Assembly: GCA_036172245.1 (NCBI GenBank)
Contig: JAYWIR010000010.1
Location: 3,658,001 to 3,722,000, forward strand
Source of the DNA: Raillietiella orientalis
Lineage: Eukaryota
Reading direction: 5' to 3'
DNA length: 64,000 nucleotides
In this document: positions 14,127 through 26,290 of the stretch, piece after piece
How the letters are laid out: every line of letters begins with the position of its first letter
Numbering within the stretch: the stretch's first letter is position 1
Notes under the pieces: model-generated
The model's database searches: none
Seen by the model: only the letters and a program-made list of their open reading frames with translations
Told to the model about the DNA's origin: nothing
Made by a program: the position numbers and the translations under genes

Positions 14127-14610
14127 TTATCTACAAATCCTATTCACTAACTTATATGCAATCAGTTCGTACCCTTCTATATCAGTTTCATATCCTGCCC
14201 AACCATAACAAACTGCTTTTTCCAGAATAAATCGCAGAAATCTCTCATCTCTTTTATCGTCGCTATTGAGGGCCTCGTATGTGAGAGCCAAGAGTCTCTC
14301 TATGGGCATCATCTTGCATTCAGCGTAACACATGAGCTTCTCGATCTAGCAGGAAGAATGAGATCGAAAACATTCATTTGCTGCTTTTGTACTTACTGCT
14401 CTCACGAGATTGCATTTCCACAACGCCAATTCTTGCAAAAGTCTTTCTGCATGACCCAGTCCAGCTGAATTGTCTTCGAATTTCACGCAGGAGTTCAACT
14501 AGAGAAGATTTGAAATTCATGCACTTCCTTCCATGGCTTATCGATGACATTATGGTCAACTGACAATCTACCTATGAGTTCCTTTCAAATTCCTTGAAAG
14601 AACTGTTCCA
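14127..14610 (-). pseudogene. Frameshifted two-exon coding relic, death-domain-like
   Basis: A clean 51-nt GT-AG intron (14396-14346) joins HAERLLQELALWKCNLVRA to IEKLMCYAECKMMPIERLL in frame. The upstream KPWKEV..LVELLREI lies in other frames. Confidence 0.3.
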
Positions 14611-15209
14611 CATCAATGTGGGTTGGTGCGAATCCAGAAACAGCAAAAACGTAGAAGGAAGTGAGCGAAGAGGAACGCAAGAAATGTTTCGTTTTCCTGA
14701 GGAGTGATGTGGAGGTGTAGGGAGTCGGGAAGGTGCCGGAAGACCGGAAGCGTTTGCTTTGCGACTGAGTGCTCTTTGTGGTAATGATCGAGTAGAATGC
14801 TGTTTGCGGGAAGACTAAGACAGAAGCAGTTAAGGTGGCAGGTCATCAGACTCTCTCGACATCGGCAGACACCAAAAACAACAGTCTTGGTTCTGGTTTC
14901 AACGCTTTACTGCATCCACGAAGCTGCCTCGACGTGACCGCAAGAGATTTTCATCTGCTTACCAAAATTGGAGACGATTTTAGTAAAAAAAGTTCTGTTC
15001 TTTTGTCGACAGACATCGCGTTGAGTTTCAGGATATAAAATTTCAGTGCGAATGTAACAAAACGACCTTTGGAAAGGAATGTCGACCGTAACGATGATTT
15101 TTGCTGAAAAATACATATGTACCGGGGTCGCCCCCCCCCCCCCCCCCCCAAAAAAAAAAAAAAAATCAATCCGTTTCGCTTACAAATTGCTGCTTGTTTT
15201 CCGGGAAAA

Positions 15210-16998
15210 AAGGATTCAGCCACTTTCCGGCTGGGATTGTCGCTGAAGTTTGGAGGCATGGGATGTGGTGGGTACGTTCCGGTTTCGTAGGAACTTGGCA
15301 GTGATGACGCTAGATGGTGCTGGTTGCGCTCTCGCCGAGCGGCAGAAATGCGCTTGGCGGGAGGGGGGGGGCGGCGCAAAGAAGGCGCCTAGCGGTGAGT
15401 CGGGGCCGAGCGGGGCAGGAAGCGCGCGGGCGAAGCCCCGCAAGTCGAGGGCGGCGAGTCTTGCAGGGACTTTCCGTAGATCCACGGAAGGCTGAAGACC
15501 CACGGGACGAGACGCAAGCTGGCGAGGTGCCGCAATCTGCAGAACCACCAGCGCACGTTGTCGGGCGGGGGCGCGGGGTCACGCAAAGCCGAAAAAGGTC
15601 GTCTTCGGCAAATGGTTTACATAACAGTCCCGCCCCGGTCTGCTTTTTTTTTTTTCCGTGTGTGTGTGTGTGTGTGTGTTTTGTGTGATAAAGCCGTTTT
15701 ACGTCACACGGTGCGGTCGACAAGCGCAAGTGTGCACGTCTGCTCGGACACGTTTTATGAGCCACAGAGCGGCTTTACGTTTGAGGCGCGATGAGTCATC
15801 GCGAGTGCATTTCTTCTTTTCTTGCAGATCTGCTTCTTTTGAGACAAAGAGCGCTTCTACAACATGCAAGCGCACATCTGCTACCCTCTGCGGAAGATTT
15901 CTGCAATTTTCACTCTTCTTGAAATCCTGCTGCTTTGTGTGTGTGTGTGTGTGTGTGGTTGTTTTAAACTGCTCGTCTAATCTAAAAAGGGACCCACTTA
16001 ACTTTACAGGCTCTAAAAAATTGCCTGGAAATGCAGTTGGTATGCTCCGAAGGACTTCGGATTGCGATATTAAAAGTTTTGTATACTTTCACAGGGAATC
16101 GGTATCATTTCCTTTTCATTTTTCCCAAATCAGTTATGAACGGAAAAAAAATGAAAAAAAAAAAAGGATTATCCATCATCATCATCAAACTAATGCGATT
16201 TCGCTATTGTTTTTTTTTCTAGGTAAATGGTAAATTTACATCTAGCAAGTTATTCTTTTTTTTTTTTTTTTTTGCCCGCCTCAGAGATGCCAAATTAGTA
16301 ATGGAATTACAGACGGATAACGGAATCACGGGAGGGGCAATCTTCCTAATTGTCCCCGCAATATTCGCCCAGTATCGATTCCCCGGACGCGTTTCCCTCT
16401 TCAACCCCTTCAGGATCGAGCAGACGACTCACTTTGGCATCAATCACGGCTTGCCAGTGGGATAAGATGCGTGACGCTTTGTAAGACTCGCAGAATTTTT
16501 CCTTGCGGTACTTATTGATGTGCAGCTGAACGTCGAGATACTTATTCAGGAGCTCCTCGTCCATTATGATCTTCATGTGCGTCGGCTTCTTCTTCATTAT
16601 GTCTGGATTCTGGAAAACAAGATGCAGATTTTCTTTGTTTGAGCTCAGGAAGCGCCGTTCTCAGGAGCGATTCGCTCACGACTGCCATCCGGCTACAAGA
16701 GGTGGAGGTTCGGACAAGACCGTCGAGGTCACCGACGTAGCAGACCAACGGTGCTCGGGATTCGACGAGGCTTTTCCGGTTTCACTGGTTCGTCCGAATG
16801 CGCGGGTCAACACGACAGCGAGAGCGGAGGCGGAGGGACAAAGTGCTGATTTCGGTAACCCTGGCAACCGCAACGAAGGAACAAACGCGTCGGCAGCGAG
16901 CTTCTGGCATTCCGGCTGCCATTGGAGGCAGCAGCGTTGGAGCGATGAGATAGAACGGGTTCTTCACCAGAGAAGTTCAGCAAAGTCACGGGTTGCGC
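15210..16998 (-). pseudogene. Relic A of an unassigned multi-exon gene (paralogous to relic B at ~39851-43740)
   Basis: Exon 16609-16433 is bounded by AG/GT and encodes NPDIMKKKPTHMKIIMDEELLNKYLDVQLHINKYRKEKFCESYKASRILSHWQAVIDAK. Segment ~15340-15618 is homologous at DNA level to ~42486-42796. Confidence 0.55.
15658..15679. repeat. (GT)n microsatellite; similar tracts at ~15937-15957 and ~49238-49251
   Basis: Directly visible. Confidence 0.9.
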
Positions 16999-19439
16999 TG
17001 CAACAAAAGAAATAGCTGAATCTCGGAGTTTGAATACAAAGCCTGGAAGGGAGCACCAGCAGATGCAGAGGTGGGAAGTCTTCTCGATTTTATTGCTCTC
17101 TCGAGTAAGAAAACTTGCAGCGAAACTTATCCAGACCCATTCCATACAGAGACCTCTTCCTTCCAAGCCACCGTCGGTACCGATTGTTTGCTTGCTAACG
17201 GAGGCACACTCAGTCATCATCTGCCCATCGAAACCAGCGTTGCCGTGGAAGATACTGGATCGGTTCTGGCAACCAGAGAGTCGTTTCTTACCTTGAAGGA
17301 AGGGATCGTGGGGGGAAAGGAGACAGGGAAAGACCGCGAACCTTCAAAGAAGGAAAAATGGGTCTTCGCAAGCAACTCGTGAATAAATTTTTCTGTGGAA
17401 CTCATGATGTGCAGGGGTGATCTGGAGAGCATTCTGGACGGCACGAGAGATCCCGCTACCGCAGAGCTGAGGGGAGCCTCGAGAGTTAAGCTGTGTTTTC
17501 ATTAAACTCAGATGATGTCTGGGAAGAAGAGACGGCGGGCGATTTTTGCAGCGGAGGCTCATAGGAACCGAACGTGTCATGCACTCATGAACGATGACTT
17601 GATCAGGCGAGTGTAATGACCATCTCTCACGAAAGACGCGGTTCCACTTTGGTGCAGGAATGTGTTCTGGAGCACGAAGAAATGCAAAAAACAGCCTACG
17701 ACGGAGTGAGATGCAAAAGGGAAGAGAGAACGGGATCTCCCATAGAGAGACTTCGGTCACACTCTCTTCCCAGCTTGAAATCCAATTTCCTGCTCTACAC
17801 GAGGAAGGAAAGATCAGAGCTGAGTTCCCAAGGTAAGCAGGAAGACCTTTGTTGCATTTCCAGGAAGGACTCATTGGTCTTTGCTGCCCCACTGCAGCCC
17901 GACGCAGTCTGGGCTTCGTTTTGACTTGCCAGGCGTCCACCGAGAGGGTTCCAGCGTGTACGAATTTTTTGCAAAAATGCATCGGATCTCGAGAATTTGT
18001 TCTCGATGAGGAACCGAGAATCTCGCTCGAGATGAGAAAATGTCCCTTATTGTCTAGGAGACCGGGGACGGAGCAGGATTTATGAGGCCGTTGCTATGGA
18101 AGAAGATGTGGGACAGCGTACTAACAACTTCTGGGGGGGGGGGGGGAAAGGGAGGAGGAAAAATTCGTTCAGAGATAAGAGGAACCCTTTTTCTGAATCA
18201 GAGAAGCGGAGGTAGTGCGTGGGTGTCAGCTCTGCCCTATGGCTGAGAATCCTGATCAAGGAGTACGAGCTTCCGAGTGCATAAAAGAGGACAAGAAACG
18301 ACTCGGGGATGCAGAGGATAGGATATGGAAGGTGATGAAGCATCCTGCTCTTGATGTTCGGATAGCTAGAGAGATCTTTCAGTTTCCGCTCCAAGCTCAA
18401 TCCAGAGAAGACGCGAAGAAGCGTTGTCAGCGAACTCCGGGACCAAACGCCGTTGTCTTGAAATTCCCTCCGTGGTCCCCGATTGTTATCCTGACCCTGA
18501 TCGTCCTGACTATCGTTTTCCGCGATTCTCCAGCTTCAATCGTCTCTAGAGAAGGGAGTTGAGCAATTAAGAGGAGCTGAGCACCCCGTGCGCCGGTATG
18601 GGTAAAATGATCCCAAACAAGGAAAAGAGGTGTTTCGAACAGCAGAAGGGAAATCGAAGGATGCGGACCTCTCTGCCTTCGCACTCAGTTACTGTTAAAT
18701 AACGCGCAGTCAGCACATCAGACCCCTTCCTGAGGATGGAGCAAAGCTGATCTGTGAGGATCCAGCAAGGGACCGCACTGGAGCTTGCCATTGGGACTGT
18801 GGCGTTCGATTCCGATGGATGCACAGGTCGTCTCTCGCACAAGGTGCTCAGCGATCTGCCAAGGATAGCAGATGAGCCGATGAGAAGGCGACGAAGCAAA
18901 AGAGATAAAAAACAGAGGGGTTCTCATGGAAACACGGGCACTGATCATTTAGTTGCCCATCTCTGGTTCTTCCTGACCAAGCTGCTGTGTACGAGAAAAA
19001 CTGCTAAGGAATCTCTGATGATGCTATTCCAGAGGATGCAGTAACCTTTCCTGGCTGTTCTCTTCACCGAGAAAGAGGTGGCCAACCAACTGCTGCCCAA
19101 CCAAAGCGATGATTTTTGGGTAATTCCTAACACTAGTGCCTTACTCTATGGTGAGCGTAAGTGTGCCTGGCAACCTCTGAGCTTCATAGCTTCTTTTCAC
19201 ATGATCAATTTGCCAAGAATCGATTTTTCAGGACTCACAGCTCTCAAGGCTTTCAACAGTGTCCAAGGAAACGCAAAGACCCATCTTCTCGAGAACTATC
19301 CAAGACATTTCCAGTCTCCTCTTCAGTTCTCTCCAAAGACGAGGGAGGTCACCGGGCGCGCAGCACAAATTCGTTCACATAAAGAGTCTGGTGAGTTGAA
19401 ATTATTGGGTATTGAGGGGAGACTGTGGTCACATTCTGA

Positions 19440-19800
19440 TGTTTGCAAAAGTGCCTGGAGGTGAGGAAACTTGATATCCACTCAGTTCCTCTATCTGAAA
19501 AGCTTTCCGTGTTGGCGTGTGGTAGGCGCGGTTCTTGTAGATTTTGAAGAGTGTATCCGCGGAACACATCAAACAGTGCAATTCAACAGCGCGTTCTCGC
19601 TCATGGACTCTGCCATCTAATTGCTTAAAGAGGGGATACGTCCCATGGATTCTATAAACCAAACACTTGGAATTGAAACACCTGGAATTTTAGTGGACGT
19701 GCAGGCGAAACAAGATTTTAGAACAATACCTGGAAAATCGCTGATTCCTTCACACAGGGCATTTTGGAGTTTAAGTAGAGGATAGTTTTCTGGAGGGCAC
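19440..19800 (-). mobile_element. Possible decayed pogo/Tigger-type (DDE_1) transposase fragment
   Basis: IALFDVFRGYT followed by PHANT / AFQIEELSG across frameshifts resembles the pogo motif LifDvFrgH ... PaN.T..lQPLDlSvN. Confidence 0.35.
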
Positions 19801-22800
19801 ACGAGTTACGGAATTCGAATTTCAGCAGCACTTGATACAATCTCGACAAACTTTCTCGCATCCCATGGACCTGCCCCCACGAGATGCCAGCATCTGCTCA
19901 AGCTTTTAACTGCCACTCGTCTTCGGATTCTCTGTTACGATCTGATTCCTTGTCAGCGAAAGATTGCCTTTACCGAGGGGTTAGCCTGACTTTGTAACTC
20001 TGTGAGCAAGGAGCAATTCAAGTCCCCTCTACGATCCCAAATCCCGATAAGTTTAACCGGAAAACGCGTTTGCCTGTTTCATAATTCTCGCTTTCGCCGA
20101 CTCTCAGGGAAGTTTTCCAGAAGTTTTCTCAGGATGGATACTTCTCAGTCAAGAAACACCAAGATTCGATTTGTTTCAGAGGACCGACAAAATTGACGAT
20201 AAACTGCCAGCATTTTCCTTTCTTTTTTTTCCCGTCGTTTCATCCGTTTCAAGTGGAATTAGAGAGAGACCTGTCTTAGAGACGTGCATCAAATGATCCG
20301 TGTAACACGAAATCCCATTTGTCCACTTGAGTATCAAGGGGACCGGAGGTGAGTGAGCGTTTGGTGAGATTTTCGTTACTGTCCGGCGACAAGGTATTTA
20401 ATCCTGCTTCCGAATCAACGGGGTTCGCTCTTTTTCAGAAGCTTCAGTAACTGCGGATGCATGTTTTCTTGACCGTCCTGATGGATTTACTCGCTCCACT
20501 GTTTGAATCGTCATTGAGCGACCAATGCTCATAGGAGAAGCGGTTAAAATATTCTCAGAACGCTTTTGCATTGATCTTCATAGGCAGAGAACCACGACTG
20601 CGTTTCCGGATCTGTGTTTGCAGTGTTGCCATGCCCTCGCGCGGTCGTTCCACACTCATAAACGTTCCTCGTTAATGGAAACAGAAACGAAGATTAATCG
20701 TGAGCAGCTGCTTTTCAGTGGTAATTCTTTGCAAAGGAATCACTGAATCACTGCTTGTTGTCATTCCTTAGATCGAAAAGAATTAGATGCGCTACATGGG
20801 AAAAGGGATGGCTTCCTCTGACGCAAAACTCTGGGATTTGCTGCAGGTAGTCAAAGAGATCAAGGAAGCCTCCATACTGGGCACAATGAGGCACAATTCA
20901 CGTAGTTTTCGAGAGCAGAGAGAAGCTGATCATCGGAAGATTCCTTTTGAGCATTCAACTTTCATTCAGCTACTGATGGAAGTGATTTTTGCATCCGGAG
21001 ACGTTTATGAAACACAAGTTGTTGCCGGATGAGGTTCTCTTTGGTGAGACTTTCAAATGGACAATAACCATCCACTAAATTCTCGACGAATGAAAGTACT
21101 TTGTGGGAGTGATAAGAACGTAAGCTGTTAAAGGAACTCGAGGCAAGATTTGCGCTCGATCAACTTTATCAGGACGGCATCCTCAACTCCTCACAAAGGG
21201 CTGGAAAGAGCCAAAACCTTGAAGACATCGCAGAGCATTTCTCAAGGGGAAAATATTCAAGGCGGTAGGGGCAATCATTTCGATAGAAATGGATCCAAGC
21301 AGTTGGCTGTGAATCTTAGCCAGTTAAAAAGAGATGACGAAGGCAGCCATGTTCGTCTACGTTTCTTTTAACTGTCCTCGCAGACATCGTAGACGCTGTC
21401 GTGAAAGGAGAACGAAGAGTAGACGAGCTCCAGGAGCTTTGGAAACAACGAGGACGAAACCCGCAAAGAATCTTAAGAATGAATTCAGTGGGTTTTGAGC
21501 AACTAAAAGTCTGCTATGAAACTCATCATAATGAGCAGCTAACAGAGAACAGAAAGCACTGTGCTGAGTAACTCACTATCTTCGTCTAGTTCAAGCACAC
21601 GAACGACTGCTTTTCGTTCTGAGATCTCTGCCCAACGACCGAATTTCGAGATTTCCAATGAAAATATTGCAACCGCTGACACTGTTTGATGGTGGCATTT
21701 CTCATGCATCGAAGACCAGTGAAAGTCCATAAACATGTATTATATTGTAGACTACCAATTTCTGTAAGGAAAAATTGTCTTTCATTTTATTCTAATTGTC
21801 AAAAGCATCCGAGACTGTATTATGGGGAAAAAAAAAAAAAAAATCATTCTATTGATTACTTGTGCCCTCAGTTTCCTCAATCTCATCTTTAATCTGAGAC
21901 TAATGAGTTTACTGCGGGATATTTGAAGTTCCTTAGAACAACGGAGATGTTAACTTTTCAAATGCAAACAGACAGCCTCAGTAATTTTCGACAGTTATGT
22001 CTGCGTTTCGCATAAATATCTGCTTTACTCTTAGATGCATTCCCAGGATCGGAGTGGAGACATTGGGTTGATCAGCAATGTGTGTGATGATCCTCATCGA
22101 CTTAGAGCAGTGCTCCAGGAAGGGTGATCAGAGTACCAATAGGATAACTTTCCAGAGTTAAGATCCCGTCATGCAAACGCGGTCACTTATTTACTGGCAC
22201 ATTCATTCGGCACAGAAGCAAATCGAAAGAAGAAATCACGGAAGCTTCCCATGACGGAATTTCCTGACAAAGCATATATGGGAATTGTTCTGGCTTTGCG
22301 TATCTCAGCACCACGATGCTGCAGGGTCGTAAAATTCAGTTCTTAGAGGTGTGAGTGTCTCCTTTCTCACCACATTTCTTAGTGGTGTCAATTATCTTTA
22401 CAAACTATGCTGCGCTTCATTTCTTTCAAAGATGGGGATAGTGATGCTGATCACGGTTTCAGTCCTTAAGATGCCTAGATGAAGGAAAGTGAACAGGCAC
22501 GCGAATGACGTGATTACCAATGTCCCCTTCGTCCTCCTCCTAGAATCCTCACGATCGGTCTTTCCGATTTTGTGGTAATCTTGCGCATGCGCATCAGCGC
22601 TTCACTTGAAACCACAGCCAACTTCCCACCGAGCTTTCCGTCATGTTTCTCTACGGTAATGGCGCTGGTCCACTTTCTCCCTCCAGGAAAGCATGACGGA
22701 TGTGTTTTCCAGGCACCAGGAGCGTGACGAACACAAACCCATTTCGCGTTTACGAAAAGCACTCGGTGCGTTTTTTTTTTTACCTTCTCGCAATACATAT

Positions 22801-23815
22801 CTGTGTGCAACATGCGAAAAAACTTACACTGATCTTCACGTGCTTCTTCTCCGCTGCGAGCAATTTTCGCCTAATGTGCCACACGTTTGGTACTTTGGTA
22901 TGCGTACGTTCCAGCACGATTGATTGCAGCTGTTTGATCAACTCGCAGTCATCTTTCCAGTTGAGTTCGGAGAGGGTAGATGCACTTCCACTCGATTCGG
23001 CGTCCAAATTTTGGAAATTTTCCTCCCATTCCAAAGGCACAAATAGCTTCCTCAAGTAATCTTCTTTCTTTAGTGCATAATGATCAGTCTTCCTGTAGCA
23101 GGAGGATTTCCCGGGTTTCTTAAGACACTCATGAATCAGGGCTTCCTTTTTGCAATCCATGCAAGCATATGTCATTTCAGGAGGACCTTGACCTGGAAAT
23201 CTTCTTTCCAATTTTCTGTTTCTTTCGCTATAAAGAAGGCAGGAAGGAGGGGATCGTTCGCAAGAATTCCCTGCCCTGAAACCGAATTTGACAACAGCCT
23301 CGTTCACTTTCTGTTCCAAGGCTACAGAAGGACTTCTTTCGATGAAGTGAGCGTTGGAATTTCTACGGCATGCAGGGTAACTTGAATGCTTGCCTCCCCT
23401 GAAGAAAGAGGCATTCATGTTCGCTTTCTGTCGGTATCCCGGAATACTCTTGCTCATGTTTCAGTTCCAAGTTTCACATGGTTTGCAATCAGTGATCGTT
23501 GCTAGGAATGCATGTATCCCTTATGAGAAGGCAGTCCATCGTTATAAGATCAAAATAAGTCACATATTGGATTTACAGATGAGTGTGATGAAAAAAAAAA
23601 ATTGAGCGAACTTTTAATTTAGTTGAGTCAGAAATGGGCGTTGTCATAGAAACGCAATCAAGGGCGGAACAAGGCGCCGTGTCTTCAGTGCGCATCTGTT
23701 GATTGTTCTTTATGGTTTCGAGGCCTTCAAATGTGTTTTCCATTACTGTACGTTCTGTTTCGTTGCTTCAAAGACCTCTGTGATGCGGCACATCCATCTA
23801 AGATTCGCAAATACG

Positions 23816-24175
23816 TCATAAGCAGTTAGCAGTATTCTGTAGGCTACCATAGAGATCGAATTCTAAACATCTTACAGGAAATCGAATGATAAACGTCAGT
23901 TTCTTAGGACATTGCCAGAAGCCAGGATGAGCCGTGCTAGAGAAGCACATAAAGATGCACCTGTCGACCGATAACAGTATAGTCATCCAGAAGCCAAAAT
24001 GAAAACGACAAGAAAGTAGCATGAGACACATGATCTGAGACAAAGTGTGAGATGCTTTGTATTGGGAACAAATCCGTTTTCATTAGATTTTAGAATCTAG
24101 ATGCGCAGTCTGTAGCTAAAGTGGAACACCGTCAAGCATCACATTGTGAGAACTGCGAGTCATCCTCGCTGAACT
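23816..24175 (-). pseudogene. Class A (peptide-receptor-like) GPCR pseudogene fragment, ICL1/TM2 to TM3
   Basis: FWMTILLSVDRCIFMC matches the TM3/DRY pattern (SvW.tvll+veRyi.vC). The upstream RMTRSSHNVML matches the ICL1/TM2 pattern (mrsstN.yL). Stops and frameshifts lie between them. Confidence 0.5.
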
Positions 24176-24745
24176 GTTTTGCAGCTTGGAAAAAGGTTCG
24201 CCATAAAGGACAGAAAACAGAAGGGAAAATACCTAAGATTCTTTAAAAATCACACGTGGACTTATCAAAGCATTTCGAATCCTATTTAGAACTGCCCTTT
24301 GAAACATTCAGATAGTCTTAGAGAACTGTTTGTAGTTCTCTTTTGTTGATAGGTGAATAAATTAATATGATGGTCAAGTCTTTTTAATAGCAAAATTAAG
24401 TTGGTAGGAGGAGGAAGAATTCTTCCAATTGGTCACTCTTTGAAAAGGATTTTCCATCTGTTGGATAAAATGCGTAAACGAACAAACTTCCCGCTTACCA
24501 ATCCGCTCATGCAGAACTTGGTTTACCCCCATCCTTCCCTCTCTCCGCACCTATTTAGTATTCTAGGTCATATTCAGGTCTATGTCTTGTTTCCTCTTTA
24601 TTATTTTTTTCTTTTTATTGCCTCTTTGAGCGAAAGAGTTTTCTTTGGTTGTTCCGCTACCTTACTTAATTAAGGCACCATTTCTGATTATTGCAAAAGT
24701 GCTGCAAGAGGAGTACAGCAGGGTTTTTGTTCTCAGGGAAGAATA

Positions 24746-25671
24746 TGAGGAGCACCTCAAAAGTAACGGATATAAAGAGAGAACAAATAAGAGCAACGAA
24801 AATGTGTCGGTGGTTCGAAACACATGCGCCCCCATGTCCTTTTTCTACGCAGTCACGGTTTTTTCCCAAATACTTTCGATACCGTAGAAGAAGATCTTTC
24901 GAGCCTTCGGCATGAAATTCCGCCTGCCGGGAGTTCAGCAGCACTGAGGTTTTCAACTCTCTTTCCGCCTCGAATCGGGTTGAGCCACTCCTGGAGGCGC
25001 CGGAAGGAAGACGTGGTAGCCAATGGGCGGCACCGTAAGGTGGGTGATCAAACAGTCCCCATTTGCATTTCCGAATTGCCCGGAATGTGGGGACAGCATG
25101 TGTTGCCAAGGTGCGCGTCGTCGTGAAGGAGGAGAACAATCCCTGATCTCTGCATTCCACGTCGCCGGTGCTCAACGCCGCAGTTTTGAAAGCGTTCCCA
25201 CACAGAAGACTCGCGCAGTACAGTAGATGGTTGTTCCAGGCTCCATAAAGTCCCCCAAAAGCGCACCATTTTGGTCCCACACACACTGCTGTCCCCACAT
25301 TCCGGACAATTCAGAAATTCAAATGAGAATTTTTTGATCATCCATCTCACAGTCCCGCCCAGTGGCTACCACGTCTTCCGGCGCCTCCAGAAGTGGCCTG
25401 CATCTCAAAGATTCGAGGGAAATTCCAGATTCGAGGGATTGAGGAGTTGAAATCTGCAGTGCTGAACTGGCTGAACCCCCAAGCAATGGAATTTTATGCA
25501 GACGATTTCGAAAAGCTTGTTCCACGGGATCAAAAGTGTTTGGCAAAAAATGGGGACTACGTAGAAAAATGAAATGCGGATGTACGTGTTTCGAACCACC
25601 AATACATTTCTGTTTCCCTTATTTGTTCTTTCTTTAGGTCCGATCCGCCCTTACTTTTGAGATGCACCTCG
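24746..25671. mobile_element. Non-autonomous mariner derivative made of two inverted 3' halves
   Basis: Ends are TA|TGAGGAGCACCTCAAAAGTAA and TTACTTTTGAGATGCACCTCG|TA (imperfect TIR with TA target duplication). The left arm (minus) encodes GIVLLLHDDA and FDHPPY ... KN.D.VEK; the right arm (plus) encodes DHPSHSP ... KNGDYVEK*. Confidence 0.9.
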
Positions 25672-26006
25672 TACCTGACTGTACCACTGAGATTTATTAC
25701 CAACGATGACAACTTTCAGTGCATGGCAAACTTTCCCATTCATGGCCTAAGAGCTCCTGAATATCATTGGTACAGCTTGCGACCATAGAAAGGTCTGTAA
25801 ATAAAATCATGAAAGCATTTCTAGATGATATCCGCGGATCTCAGGACTTGAAAGGAGACACAGGATCGAAAATACCATCAGGATTAAGCTATGATTTTTA
25901 GGGGAAGTTTCAGGGAATGCGGAGTTCGCGAGGTATGCCCTCCGGGGGGCCACTGCTTTTGCAGGGATCTGCACACCCAGCAGATGGAAGGGACAGAAGG
26001 AATACG

Positions 26007-26290
26007 CTACTGTTTTTTCTTGAATTCTTCCTTTCCTTCGTTGTTTCGTTTATGGAGCAGATGTGCTGAAAGGAAGTAAGTCGTCTCCTTTCTTCATCTT
26101 ACCTATCCACCTCACCACCCACCCTCGCCCATCCCTCGTCCCTGGACTCACGTTCAGATCCCGGAACACTTCGTTGAAATCATAGTCGTACCCCACCACG
26201 AAGAATTCCTTAGGGACCTCCAATCAGACATAAACCGGCTTGAAGACTAGCTCCGAGCCGTTCTTCTTCATAAGAGCAACTACCCGGGTT
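26007..26290 (-). pseudogene. HPRT: Hypoxanthine-guanine phosphoribosyltransferase pseudogene fragment (last two exons, ~26290-26152 and 26065-26007)
   Basis: VVALMKKNGSELVFKPVYV*LEVPKEFFVVGYDYDFNEVFRDLN|GT..AG|HICSINE matches the HPRT C-terminus ([36 protein letters not shown]). There is a TGA at 26226-26224 in place of Gly and a frameshift in the last exon. Confidence 0.8.

Noticed and set aside
15131..15165. Adjacent poly(C) and poly(A) runs, and poly(A)/poly(T) runs at ~31705-31770
   Set aside because: Simple homopolymers with unreliable lengths; no evidence of function.
20787..21032. ILGTMRHNSR resembling the piggyBac GTxRxN motif
   Set aside because: Single short motif; no TTAA-bounded TIRs or catalytic Asp motifs found.
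22780..23457. 225-aa minus ORF with VPNVWHIRRKLL, like a Mutator-type DxWH motif
   Set aside because: One weak motif only; cannot separate transposase relic from chance.
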